From IMG/VR virus record IMGVR_UViG_3300014204_000107, positions 171,468-235,467 of that record: DNA of 64,000 nucleotides, one strand, 5' to 3'. The stretch is from a virus. Taxonomy: Duplodnaviria; Heunggongvirae; Uroviricota; Caudoviricetes. Of this stretch, positions 1-9,875 are shown in pieces; within the stretch, counting starts at the first letter, position 1; every line of letters starts with the position of its first letter. The notes under the pieces were generated by a model that had not been told where the DNA came from, did not search any database, and saw nothing but the letters and a program-made list of their open reading frames with translations. The translations under genes and the position numbers were made by a program.

Positions 1-2
1 GG

Positions 3-1352
3 AGAGAACCAACAAAAGAATATGGTTATTTTACTTCGTGGGATTATTATGTTAATCCGCAGGATGTTGACAGTGAATTTAAAACAGAAAATAGAATATA
101 TGCATTAAATGGCGGATGGAATGAATTAAGTAATGAATCCGTAACAAGATTAACCCAAGAAATTGATTTAACTAATGCGTCAGATGTTATAGATAGGAAG
201 ATAAATAAAGATGATATTGTCGTTGGTAATTTATTTGGTTGGCTCGGAAATACAAACAGCAGAGAATTTAATAACATTGATGCCCAAACGCAAAAACCGT
301 TTGCAGTCACAGGGAAAAATGCAAGCGGCATAGAAATAATGCCAATATCCGCACCAATATTTGATAAAATATATGTAACATTAAATTTTTTGAATGATGT
401 TGGTACTATAATAAACGACTATTATTGGATAGATAACCCAATATTGTTAGATAATGATAGTGGCAAGCAATCTATTAGGGATGTTGATTTTTATGTGCCA
501 ATAGGAACGAGAAAGATAAAAATATTTGCTGAATTTATACGAGTGCAAAATTATACATCATCATATGGTGAAAGTGGTGGAACTATTATGAATGGCAGAT
601 GGACAAATTGGAATGCAACAGAGTATAAGCATTTATTGCATAATTATAGTCTTGCATCATTTTTAAATTTGCGATTATCAGTTGAAAATAAAATTGAAGA
701 TAAATATTTAAATTTATCTTTAACAACAGACAAACACTTAAAACAAAATATAACGGCCGTAGACGATGGATATCCAACCTATACACAAGAATTATTATAT
801 TTGGAAGACGTGGCATGGATAAGGCAAAAAGATGATTATAATAAATATAGTGCGTTAATTGATAGAGTTAATGATATAAAAACATATTTAGGTATGATAG
901 ACCCGTCTGTTATTAAAATGGAAATTAATAAATCAGCGTGGTTTGTAAATAGATTTACTAATGATGAAATTAATGCAGTATTAAATGGTGGCATAACACA
1001 CGGAGTTTCGCAGTCCTTTGTTTGGCCAAAAAACAATACCGTATTAGTACAAACTGGGTCAATTGGAAATCCAAATGTAATTGCTGTGCCAACTACAACT
1101 CGGGCCTCAACTTTGACGGGAGGCATCCCAGCTGCATATAATGAAATTGGATTTGTTCAATGGGAAATAACTGAAGACGAGGTATTGATTAGATATAGAT
1201 TAAAAGTATATAAATATAATTTTAACTATATAGTTGATGATCGTCATATGCAAACACTCGTCAACCCAAATCCAGTCAGTTTAATATTTGTTGAACACAT
1301 GCCAGATGCATCACCGGCACTTAATAATACACGCGTTTATAAATTGGCATAA
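3..1352 (+). CDS. Putative virion structural protein, 5'-truncated by the window edge
   Basis: Frame 3 is open from nt 3 (REPTKEYGYFTSW...) into the 339..1352 ORF; lies upstream of baseplate-type genes. Confidence 0.6.
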   Translation, partial: REPTKEYGYFTSWDYYVNPQDVDSEFKTENRIYALNGGWNELSNESVTRLTQEIDLTNASDVIDRKINKDDIVVGNLFGWLGNTNSREFNNIDAQTQKPFAVTGKNASGIEIMPISAPIFDKIYVTLNFLNDVGTIINDYYWIDNPILLDNDSGKQSIRDVDFYVPIGTRKIKIFAEFIRVQNYTSSYGESGGTIMNGRWTNWNATEYKHLLHNYSLASFLNLRLSVENKIEDKYLNLSLTTDKHLKQNITAVDDGYPTYTQELLYLEDVAWIRQKDDYNKYSALIDRVNDIKTYLGMIDPSVIKMEINKSAWFVNRFTNDEINAVLNGGITHGVSQSFVWPKNNTVLVQTGSIGNPNVIAVPTTTRASTLTGGIPAAYNEIGFVQWEITEDEVLIRYRLKVYKYNFNYIVDDRHMQTLVNPNPVSLIFVEHMPDASPALNNTRVYKLA

Positions 1353-1357
1353 TAAAT

Positions 1358-4300
1358 ATGGAAAAATCATATAATATATCACAAACTACTTTTAATACAG
1401 TAACACTTAATGCTGCATCGGGTGCTAATTGTGTTGAAATTTGGCTATATAATCTTGATAATACATTAATTGAGGTTATCAATGTTAATAGCGGGTGGTA
1501 CATTAATAATAACAATGAGTTAAGAATATCAGTTGATGAAATTTTAACATCCCGCGGATACGAATCTGGAGAATATATTCTCAAATTTAGAATATTAAAA
1601 TATGTTCTTGGCGACTATGATATAAGCTATGCATTTATTGATGAAATATCAACAAGCAGAGAAGAAATTAGAATATTACCATCAGAACTAACAACAAATG
1701 CGTTAATTAATTTTTTAAATTTAGCATCACAACCAACACAAAACGCAGCTGGATTTAAATTTGAATATTTATTAAAATTTACTACTAAATTTAATGAAGA
1801 ATATTATGGATATGCAAATAATTGGGTAATAGATAATATAGCTTATCCAGAATATCCGCATAGCATAGTATTTAAGTTAAAAGATCCATTAGATAATGAT
1901 ATCAGTGCTAATGATTCGGTATCAATTGCAATAGAATTAGGATTAACGCAGGAATATAAGATAATAATATATGCCCCCCAAACGATGAAATATGTTAATA
2001 TTTTATCAAAACCTAATTATCAAGTTGAAACGCAAATAAGAAATAAAAAAGAGACAGATTGGAAAAATTGGGGCAAATTATTTCCGCATGATAACACTGC
2101 AATTAATACATTATTAGCAAAATATACAGGTGAACGAATAGAAGGTGTTACTTTAAATGTTGATTATACAGATTTTAATAATTTTATATTTTATAGTTCT
2201 GCTGCAGATAGGCTGGAAGCATTCAAAATAAAATTAACACAAATTGAAGATTGCAATCTTCTTATTACTGACTTATCATCGTCTGTAACAAATGCTGATG
2301 CAGTATTTTCGAGCTCATTCAATACAAATATACAAACGTATAAAGATACTATTAATAGCGTAATAGGAAGTTTTGATAGTTATGAAAAATATCTTTATTA
2401 TGAATCAGCATCTGCCCCATATAGTAATTTTTATTCAAGTAGTGTTGATTATGTAACATATTGGCCAAAATCTACAAGTATTAGACCGTATGAATTATAT
2501 TCTGTAACGTCTTCTACGACTATTAATTGGTATAATGGCATTATAACAAGCGCGTCCCAATATGATTGGTATAATATTAACTCATTGTATAAAACAATTC
2601 CAAATTACATATTAGACGATGAGCAATATGGGTGGTATTATAAGAAATTTATTAATATGATTGGCCACCACTTTGATACGGTGTATTTATATACTACTCA
2701 TATGCTTGATATATATGATAGAAGTAATTCATTATATGAAGGTTTAGCAAAAGAATTAGTATATGATACTCTTTCGTCTTATGGCATTGAGTTATTTGAT
2801 AATTACCAATTTGATGACATTTGGAACTATACATTAGGAACTAATGATTTGGGGCAATATCATTATACAAGCTCATTATTAGAAACGGGTAGTTATGTAA
2901 TTAGTGAATCTGTTCCTCGCGGAGATATTTATAGAGAATATGCCAAAAGAGTATTAAATAATTTACCATATATACTTAAAACAAAAGGCACTCGTGATAG
3001 TGTTAGAGCAGTTTTAGATTGCTATGGAATATCCCCCCAAATACTTAAAATCAAAGAATATGGCGGTTTAGATCCAATTGGCGCAACATATGATTCAGCA
3101 AGTTGGAATCCTGACACAGAAGCGTATGATGTAACGTGGCCAAATATAACATCTAATAGATTAGTATCAAATAAAGTCCGCATTTATAGTGGATCAGAAC
3201 AAGTAGGTATATTAGACTCAAGGCAACGCGTTACTCGGGAAGCTACCCAAGATTTTCCAATAGACAATCCTAAAATTGGCGTATATTTTTCGCCAACAAA
3301 CGAAATAAATGAATATGTTGCAAATTATATAACCGGCAGTGGGAATGCAAGAATCGATGATTATATTGGTGATCCCGGCAATCAATACTCGAGTTCTTAT
3401 GTTTTATTAGAAAGTTTTAGAAGACGATGTTTAGCCCCGTATATAAGCAATTATAATGGATATGCAAGTTTAAGACTATCAGAGTTCTTTGATAATAGCA
3501 TGTTTAGATTAATAAAATCTGTATTGCCCGCTAGAAGTAAGAAAATATTAGGCGTAGCAATAGAGCCAGATATATTAATGCGTTCCAAAGTTAATATACT
3601 TAACGCCCAGCCGTCAGCAGGCAATAATGTATATAATGCAAGTATTGATATTCAAAATTATGCAGTAGTTACATCATCTTATAATTATATTGAGTCGGAA
3701 ATACTTACATATGATACTGCCGTTGAATCAGAACTTTGCTCGTATGGAATTTATACTGCCGATACAACTTTATTATATATAGATGGTGCAACAGATGCAG
3801 TAGTTGATATGAATAATATATTGAGCCAGCCGTCTAAATACATATGGCAAGATTTAGCAAAAACATATGTAGTTGCATGGGACGGGTCGGACCCACCCCA
3901 GCCAATTTATGGAGCAATAGATTGGACTAGAGTAGATAACTCATACTTATTAAGAGAAGCAGTTTGCCCAACAATATACGATACAACTTCTCTTTCTGGT
4001 TCAATTGAAAAAATCTTATTGTTATCGACAATAGTAAGTGGATCAACAATAGACCAACGGCTAATGAGTAGGAGTTTATCAGCAACGGAAATAGACAGAT
4101 TATTATCTATACCTGCAGGAACTGCTAACCAAAGATATAATGGTTGTTTATGTACAAGGGATAATACGCCGGATGATAAAGATCCCGTTGAATGGTGGCT
4201 AACTGATAATAATCCAATTGGTAATACTGTATTAGGTGCTAAAACAAGTAGGCAAACAGCAATGGAAAAGAAATCTGCCGATACTGGAAGATCAGTGGTT

Positions 4301-4363
4301 AATCCAAGAATTCCAATCGGACCAATTAGTCAAACTAATAATCAAGAAATACCACCAGTGTAA
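1358..4363 (+). CDS. Putative baseplate wedge/tail structural protein
   Basis: 1001 aa; segment NNLPYILKTKGTRDSVRAVLDCYG resembles the KGT motif of P2 gpI-like baseplate proteins; structural gene context. Confidence 0.55.
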   Translation: MEKSYNISQTTFNTVTLNAASGANCVEIWLYNLDNTLIEVINVNSGWYINNNNELRISVDEILTSRGYESGEYILKFRILKYVLGDYDISYAFIDEISTSREEIRILPSELTTNALINFLNLASQPTQNAAGFKFEYLLKFTTKFNEEYYGYANNWVIDNIAYPEYPHSIVFKLKDPLDNDISANDSVSIAIELGLTQEYKIIIYAPQTMKYVNILSKPNYQVETQIRNKKETDWKNWGKLFPHDNTAINTLLAKYTGERIEGVTLNVDYTDFNNFIFYSSAADRLEAFKIKLTQIEDCNLLITDLSSSVTNADAVFSSSFNTNIQTYKDTINSVIGSFDSYEKYLYYESASAPYSNFYSSSVDYVTYWPKSTSIRPYELYSVTSSTTINWYNGIITSASQYDWYNINSLYKTIPNYILDDEQYGWYYKKFINMIGHHFDTVYLYTTHMLDIYDRSNSLYEGLAKELVYDTLSSYGIELFDNYQFDDIWNYTLGTNDLGQYHYTSSLLETGSYVISESVPRGDIYREYAKRVLNNLPYILKTKGTRDSVRAVLDCYGISPQILKIKEYGGLDPIGATYDSASWNPDTEAYDVTWPNITSNRLVSNKVRIYSGSEQVGILDSRQRVTREATQDFPIDNPKIGVYFSPTNEINEYVANYITGSGNARIDDYIGDPGNQYSSSYVLLESFRRRCLAPYISNYNGYASLRLSEFFDNSMFRLIKSVLPARSKKILGVAIEPDILMRSKVNILNAQPSAGNNVYNASIDIQNYAVVTSSYNYIESEILTYDTAVESELCSYGIYTADTTLLYIDGATDAVVDMNNILSQPSKYIWQDLAKTYVVAWDGSDPPQPIYGAIDWTRVDNSYLLREAVCPTIYDTTSLSGSIEKILLLSTIVSGSTIDQRLMSRSLSATEIDRLLSIPAGTANQRYNGCLCTRDNTPDDKDPVEWWLTDNNPIGNTVLGAKTSRQTAMEKKSADTGRSVVNPRIPIGPISQTNNQEIPPV

Positions 4364-4431
4364 TGGAATTTAAAAACTTTTATATATATTAGAAATGATT
4401 AAACAGAATAAATTTATAAAGGAGTTATAAA

Positions 4432-5070
4432 ATGGGTTATTTATCAAACGAATCTATTACTGTAGATGCAATTTTAACAAATCGCGGTCGAGAAATATTA
4501 GCCACAGATCCAGCAAATTTCAATATTACTCAATTTGCTTTAGCGGATGACGAAATTGATTATGGATTGTGGAATGAAAATCATTCATTGGGTTCCAATT
4601 ATTATGGTATTGTGATAGAAAATATGCCAATACTTGAAGCAGTACCAACTGAAACGCAAGTAATGAAATATAAATTAATAACATTACCAAGAAATACAAC
4701 GAAAATACCGGTATTAACATTGGATGTATATGCAATTACATTATTTGCTGACCTAACATCTACAATTACACCGGGCATCGGCAATATAGTTGGTTCAGAT
4801 TTACTTGGATATACTGCAATATTAAGTGACAGGTCTGTGTGTGATATGGTTGTAGCACCAGGTGGTGAAATATCCACTACATTTACACCACCAGCATTTA
4901 CCTCGCAGGAAGGAACATTAATTGTTGTTGGAAATAAGTTCTTAATCACAGCTAAACGATTAACAACTGCAAAAACAGCAACAATTACAATAATCGGCAA
5001 TCAAACGGGTGGTATTGCACAGTGCACAGTAACAGTAAACGCATACGATCCTAGCGGATTAGGTGTATAA
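4432..5070 (+). CDS. Putative baseplate/tail structural protein
   Basis: AGGAG RBS; N-terminal AILTNRGREILA...ITQFALADDEIDY motif typical of baseplate/tail-collar proteins; beta-rich, Ig-like C-terminus. Confidence 0.55.
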   Translation: MGYLSNESITVDAILTNRGREILATDPANFNITQFALADDEIDYGLWNENHSLGSNYYGIVIENMPILEAVPTETQVMKYKLITLPRNTTKIPVLTLDVYAITLFADLTSTITPGIGNIVGSDLLGYTAILSDRSVCDMVVAPGGEISTTFTPPAFTSQEGTLIVVGNKFLITAKRLTTAKTATITIIGNQTGGIAQCTVTVNAYDPSGLGV

Positions 5071-5090
5071 TATTTAAACAAGGAGAAGTT

Positions 5091-6164
5091 ATGGCAAATA
5101 CAACAAGTACTGCTACCGTTGCATCAAATGCAAAGATATTTACTCAATTTAATACGGAAGACGTGATAGCGAATCAATTGCAAACTATTACAGATGCAGT
5201 ATGGTCGACTGGCACAGGAGAGTTAACAACATTAGCAACATCATCAGCCCAAGCAACAGGTAGTAGCGTTAGTGGAAGATATTATGTTGATGTGTACCAA
5301 ACAGATACTGGTTCTGTTAATGCTGCGGTTCAATTTTCTATTGCATATGGCAATTATTTAGGAAGTGGTTCAAAAGATTTTGATGGTGCACAAAATACTG
5401 CATTGACACCATCAAAAGCAGTTTATTCACAATATGCCAATTGGCTGCTCCAGCAAGGGCAAACCCAATTTAAACATACCGGAAGCACCATAATGACTCA
5501 TTTTATTGCGATAGCATTACAGCGTGCAAGGATGAAAGGTAAATTGGATCCGGGTAATTGGCAATTATCATTATCAAATACTAATGAAATGCATATGATA
5601 GACGATAGCAGCCTTTCTACTACATCTAATACATCATATACATTGGCTGGTGCTTATTATAATGTTGTAAGTGGTAGTTTATCAGCAACGGGGACAGTCA
5701 CCATATATAGTCCAACCACTTATGTTGGATTAGTGTATCCAGATGCTGGCATTATAATATTAGATTGCGCCCAAATACAAGCAGGGGTAGGCGGAACAAC
5801 ATTCAATACTGGTTCAGATACAGATCCCAACCCGCGAAATCACTTATATGCATATGGAATGATAAGTGCTTCAACTGTATTAGGAAATGGATTCCAAGCA
5901 AGAAATGCACAAAGTATTAAATCTAATTATTATTTTGTACGCGTTAAAAATACAGAATATAATTATTCAAATAATCCATCTTTTATAACTGGCTCTGTTG
6001 GCGACTTAAAATATAATTCATTTGCAAAAGATCCAAAGGTTTATGTTACAACAGTTGGATTATATAATCCGAATAATGAATTAATGGCAGTAGCAAAGCT
6101 TAGTAAACCATTATTGAAAGATTTTACCCGTGAGCTCCTTGTGAGAGTTAAAATTGATTTTTAA
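5091..6164 (+). CDS. Putative baseplate/tail-collar structural protein
   Basis: AGGAG RBS; C-terminal YVTTVGLYNPNNELMAVAKLSKP motif (tail-collar/DUF3751-like strands); paralogous to 6297..7088. Confidence 0.55.
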   Translation: MANTTSTATVASNAKIFTQFNTEDVIANQLQTITDAVWSTGTGELTTLATSSAQATGSSVSGRYYVDVYQTDTGSVNAAVQFSIAYGNYLGSGSKDFDGAQNTALTPSKAVYSQYANWLLQQGQTQFKHTGSTIMTHFIAIALQRARMKGKLDPGNWQLSLSNTNEMHMIDDSSLSTTSNTSYTLAGAYYNVVSGSLSATGTVTIYSPTTYVGLVYPDAGIIILDCAQIQAGVGGTTFNTGSDTDPNPRNHLYAYGMISASTVLGNGFQARNAQSIKSNYYFVRVKNTEYNYSNNPSFITGSVGDLKYNSFAKDPKVYVTTVGLYNPNNELMAVAKLSKPLLKDFTRELLVRVKIDF

Positions 6165-6198
6165 AACGCAGTAGATTAATATGTTATGGGGAAATAAA

Positions 6199-6276
6199 AT
6201 GATTGATGAATTAATTGAATTAACAAAAAACATAGCAAATTTATTCATGAGAATTGGTGGTTTAATTAATAAATAA
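6199..6276 (+). CDS. Possible 25-aa peptide MIDELIELTKNIANLFMRIGGLINK
   Basis: Fills the 6165-6296 gap; GGGG/GGAAA purine run upstream; amphipathic helical pattern. Confidence 0.3.
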   Translation: MIDELIELTKNIANLFMRIGGLINK

Positions 6277-6296
6277 TTTTTACAAATAATGCAAGC

Positions 6297-7088
6297 ATGT
6301 ACGTTTATAAACATATTTCACCCAATGATATTCAAATTACACCATTTAAGGCGTATAAAGGCTGGTCAATATCAACACCGGATTTGGGGGATATTCCATT
6401 CGGTATAAAATTAGTCATTGCCAGTAGTTCAATACCAATAACTGAATTAGACCCATTAGCAGTTTCTGCAAATTGGTCAAATTATCTTTATTATAAAAAT
6501 GCAAGTATGAACTATTATGGCTCACAATCTTTTTTTATTGCAGATTCAGAATTTGTTCCAATAGATATTATTGGTGCTGAATTTTATATAATTTCAATAC
6601 CAAAAGCAATATTTGGTGAAAAAATTAAAGAAACCACATTTGAAATAATTCCGACAGATTCATCGAGAGTATTCAAAGATGATGGGCATGGGAATATATA
6701 TCAATATAAGGTTGATGATCCAGCAATAGTAAGCCAAACTGGCAATATTATATATGAGGATGGTATTATTATATTAAATGTTAAAGATTGTACAAATATA
6801 TCATTTAACTCAACTGTTACCAAATATGAATATGAGGCAATATGTACAATGGAGCCCAATGAATTTTGCGTAACATTAAATCCAAGCACAAGATATACAG
6901 GAAGTTATTCCAGCTCATACGCGGATTGGATTCAACCACAATTTACTGGCTCTGTATTTTCACCATATGTTACTACGGTAGGATTATATAATGATAGTGG
7001 TGAACTGCTTATTATAGGAAAAACATCACATCCTGTTAAAAAATCAATGAAAAATACAATGAATTTTATAATTAGATTCGATATGTAA
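6297..7088 (+). CDS. Putative baseplate/tail-collar structural protein (paralog of 5091..6164)
   Basis: Shares DDxxGN, GxIxYxxGIIIL and PYVTTVGLYNDSGELL..K.S.P motifs with 5091..6164. Confidence 0.55.
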   Translation: MYVYKHISPNDIQITPFKAYKGWSISTPDLGDIPFGIKLVIASSSIPITELDPLAVSANWSNYLYYKNASMNYYGSQSFFIADSEFVPIDIIGAEFYIISIPKAIFGEKIKETTFEIIPTDSSRVFKDDGHGNIYQYKVDDPAIVSQTGNIIYEDGIIILNVKDCTNISFNSTVTKYEYEAICTMEPNEFCVTLNPSTRYTGSYSSSYADWIQPQFTGSVFSPYVTTVGLYNDSGELLIIGKTSHPVKKSMKNTMNFIIRFDM

Positions 7089-7098
7089 GGAGAAGATT

Positions 7099-7308
7099 AT
7101 GAATAAAGCAGAATTAAAGCAATTGATAAAAGAAGAAGTTAGAAATGTGGTCAATGAATCATTTGATTCAGATATTTCATACCTTGAAGATAAATTAAGA
7201 CCGCTTGATTCTGAACAACAAGCTCGATTAATATGGATGTGGATAAAGCAAGATCATATTAATTTTAAACAATTTATTCAATTAGTTAAGTATTTAACGC
7301 GTGATTAA
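7099..7308 (+). CDS. Small protein with KQLIKEE leader (putative internal head protein)
   Basis: AGGAG RBS; starts MNKAELKQLIKEEVRNVVNE. Confidence 0.75.
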   Translation: MNKAELKQLIKEEVRNVVNESFDSDISYLEDKLRPLDSEQQARLIWMWIKQDHINFKQFIQLVKYLTRD

Positions 7309-7657
7309 TGAAGTTTTAAATATCAATGAATTAGCATTTAAGCAAGATGTTATTAGTGCCGGTGGTAAGATCTATAGCGTTGGTGGAAAGGTTCGTGATG
7401 AATTTTTAGGAAAAGAATCAAAAGATTTGGATATTCTTATAACTGGCATACCGTTTGATGAATTAGAGAAAATATTAAAGAAATATGGCAGTGTTAATAG
7501 CGTAGGTAAATCATTTGGTATTATAAAATTTAAGCAGTTCGGCGACACCGAAGAAGTGGATATCGCCATACCAAGAAAAGAATCGAGAAAAATTTATGCA
7601 TTCGTGATAAAACAACATCAACCTCCTATATATATTAAATATGGAGGTAAATTATGA
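7301..7657 (+). CDS. cca: tRNA nucleotidyltransferase (CCA-adding, class II), N-terminal fragment
   Basis: VGGKVRD...KDLD catalytic motif and DIAIPRKE; homology ends at the flexible loop. Confidence 0.85.
   Translation: MINEVLNINELAFKQDVISAGGKIYSVGGKVRDEFLGKESKDLDILITGIPFDELEKILKKYGSVNSVGKSFGIIKFKQFGDTEEVDIAIPRKESRKIYAFVIKQHQPPIYIKYGGKL
7621..7648 (+). promoter_or_regulatory. Hairpin occluding the endonuclease RBS
   Basis: ACCTCC (7621-7626) pairs with the SD GGAGGT (7643-7648), 5 nt before ATG 7654; contains a TATATATATTA promoter-like motif. Confidence 0.7.
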
Positions 7658-8553
7658 AGCATGGTACTTTAAAATGTCATATATGTGATCAAGAAATTGT
7701 TATAGTTGGAATTGGCTCCCATTATAAATGGAAACATAGAATGCTATTGAGAAAAGATCCAACTAATTATTTAGATTTTTTTAATTATAATTATCCAAAT
7801 TTAATTGATGATATTATTAAAGAATGTAATGAAAAAAAGATGTCAGCAAATCAATTAATAAAACGTAAATATAAATATATTGGTCCTGGATTAGGGTTGT
7901 TTTTAAGTAAATTATTAAAAGATAAAATAAAAATTACTGCGATGGACATGGATATCCATCGATTGAAACAACGAGATGCTACGTGCATTGAAAAACATGG
8001 CAAAATATATTCAGACGGATACACAAATAGGATAGCAAATTTTAAAAAAGACCCGGATTTTGCTAGAAAAGTAAGCTTATCTGGTTGGTCTGGCGAATTG
8101 GGTGATAAACGAAGAAAAAAAGAATCAGATAAATTTAAATCAGATGATTTTAAATTAAAAAGAATTCAAACATTGATAGATAAATATGGCACTCAATATG
8201 TGGGTGGTACATCAAATTTTCATAAACGAGTTAAATCTTTGCTAGAGAAACATAATATTATTACTGAATCTGAATGTGTAGTCAAAGGAACCGGATATAT
8301 TGCCGACGAAATTGACCATACACATAATATAGTTATAGAAATGAACGGTGACTTTTGGCATGCAAATCCAACTAAATTTGATTCTGATTTTGTAAATCCA
8401 ATTAACCATATGATAGCGAAAGATGTTTGGAAATATGATAAAAAAAGAAAAAAAATAATTGAAAAAAATGGATATTCTGTGTTTATAATATGGGAATCCG
8501 ACAACATTAATGAAAAAATAGAAGAATACAAGAGAATTTATGGCATTATTTGA
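7654..8553 (+). CDS. Free-standing homing endonuclease (Zn finger + Vsr/DUF559-like PD-(D/E)xK domain)
   Basis: CHIC...HYKWKH zinc finger; ADE...IEMNGDFWH...IWE nuclease motif; overlaps both cca halves. Confidence 0.8.
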   Translation: MKHGTLKCHICDQEIVIVGIGSHYKWKHRMLLRKDPTNYLDFFNYNYPNLIDDIIKECNEKKMSANQLIKRKYKYIGPGLGLFLSKLLKDKIKITAMDMDIHRLKQRDATCIEKHGKIYSDGYTNRIANFKKDPDFARKVSLSGWSGELGDKRRKKESDKFKSDDFKLKRIQTLIDKYGTQYVGGTSNFHKRVKSLLEKHNIITESECVVKGTGYIADEIDHTHNIVIEMNGDFWHANPTKFDSDFVNPINHMIAKDVWKYDKKRKKIIEKNGYSVFIIWESDNINEKIEEYKRIYGII

Positions 8554-9544
8554 TAATATACCAAATAATATAAAGATTGTAGATGATACTATCTATGGAG
8601 AAATAGATGATATTATGGGATATTTATCTAGATTTGGAACTGTAGAACTTGAATATACAGGTGGATATCAAGGATTTGAAGTTACATCTGATCACAATTT
8701 GCCAATAGAAAAGGATTTAGAACGTCGAGACTTTACAATTAATTCCATTGCAAAAGATGCAGAAGGTAATATAGTTGATCCATACGGCGGATTAATAGAC
8801 TTACAGAATAAAGTTATTAGAGTTACTAATCCAATAGCATTTTCCGAAGACCCATTAAGAATGCTTCGTGCAGTACAATTTGCTGCGCGATTTGATTTTA
8901 AGATAGAACCTAAAACATTGCAATTAATAAAAGAAAATGCACCTAAAATAAAAGAAATATCAGCAGAACGCATATTAATTGAATTTGAAAAAATTGTACA
9001 CAAAGGAGACCCAGTAGTTGGTATATATTGGTTAGATAAAACATTATTATTTAGCAATATATTTGATATACCATTTAATGGCAAATATAGTGACTTTCAA
9101 GATGTAGCAAATATAGCAGAATTTATATATTGTTGTTTAAAGAATACTGATATAATTATATCGGAATTTTTTAAAAATAAGATTCGGGGCAGTATTGAAG
9201 GAACAAAAAATGTTGAATCGTTAGAATATATAAGAAAATTAACAGATAATATTGTACATAATAGAGCTATTGCATCAATAATGTATAATAAATATCCAGA
9301 TATTGTTAATAGTGAACTTTTGCCAAATGCATTAAAAGATATATTTAATAGTTTTCGAGCAGAGCAATATCCAAGTGGTATTAATAAGTTAGATATAACA
9401 GGTAATGATATAATGCAATTAGGATTGAAAGGCAAACAAGTTGGTGATGCATTAAAATTAGCATTATTATCTATTTACAGCAATAAATTAAAAAATAGTA
9501 AGAATGATATTTTAAAATTTGTTGAAAATCTAAAATTGCCATAA
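8540..9544 (+). CDS. cca: tRNA nucleotidyltransferase (CCA-adding), C-terminal fragment
   Basis: DLERRDFTINSIA, DPYGG..DL, FSEDPLRMLRAVQFAARF, ISAERI, ITGNDIM motifs. Confidence 0.88.
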   Translation: MALFDNIPNNIKIVDDTIYGEIDDIMGYLSRFGTVELEYTGGYQGFEVTSDHNLPIEKDLERRDFTINSIAKDAEGNIVDPYGGLIDLQNKVIRVTNPIAFSEDPLRMLRAVQFAARFDFKIEPKTLQLIKENAPKIKEISAERILIEFEKIVHKGDPVVGIYWLDKTLLFSNIFDIPFNGKYSDFQDVANIAEFIYCCLKNTDIIISEFFKNKIRGSIEGTKNVESLEYIRKLTDNIVHNRAIASIMYNKYPDIVNSELLPNALKDIFNSFRAEQYPSGINKLDITGNDIMQLGLKGKQVGDALKLALLSIYSNKLKNSKNDILKFVENLKLP

Positions 9545-9571
9545 TTATATTAAATAGAATGGAGATTATCT

Positions 9572-9862
9572 ATGACGGATAAACAGTTAAAGCAATTAAT
9601 AAAAGAGGAAGTTAAGTTAGTTCTTGAAGATAGACGCGCCGAGATTGATGCAATTGTCAAATTAGACCATGCATTGGCAAGTGCTAAACAAGTAACTTTA
9701 CGAAATCAAGTATTAAAAGAATTATTTTATAGTAAAATAATAGCATTGCAAACGGAAATAGATGATTATTTATTTAAAGTGAACAATACACAACCAACAC
9801 AACTGGGTGCATTGCAAAATGATAGCCCAACCGCACGTGTGCAGTCATACAAATGGAAATAA
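9572..9862 (+). CDS. Small protein with KQLIKEE leader
   Basis: GGAG RBS; MTDKQLKQLIKEEVKLVLE. Confidence 0.72.
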   Translation: MTDKQLKQLIKEEVKLVLEDRRAEIDAIVKLDHALASAKQVTLRNQVLKELFYSKIIALQTEIDDYLFKVNNTQPTQLGALQNDSPTARVQSYKWK

Positions 9863-9875
9863 CAAGGAGATAAGC

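Noticed and set aside
7580-8660. Split intein joining the cca halves
   Set aside because: No Cys/Ser-1 block A and no terminal HN-[CST] in the extra sequences; a group I intron is not excluded, but no core was recognised
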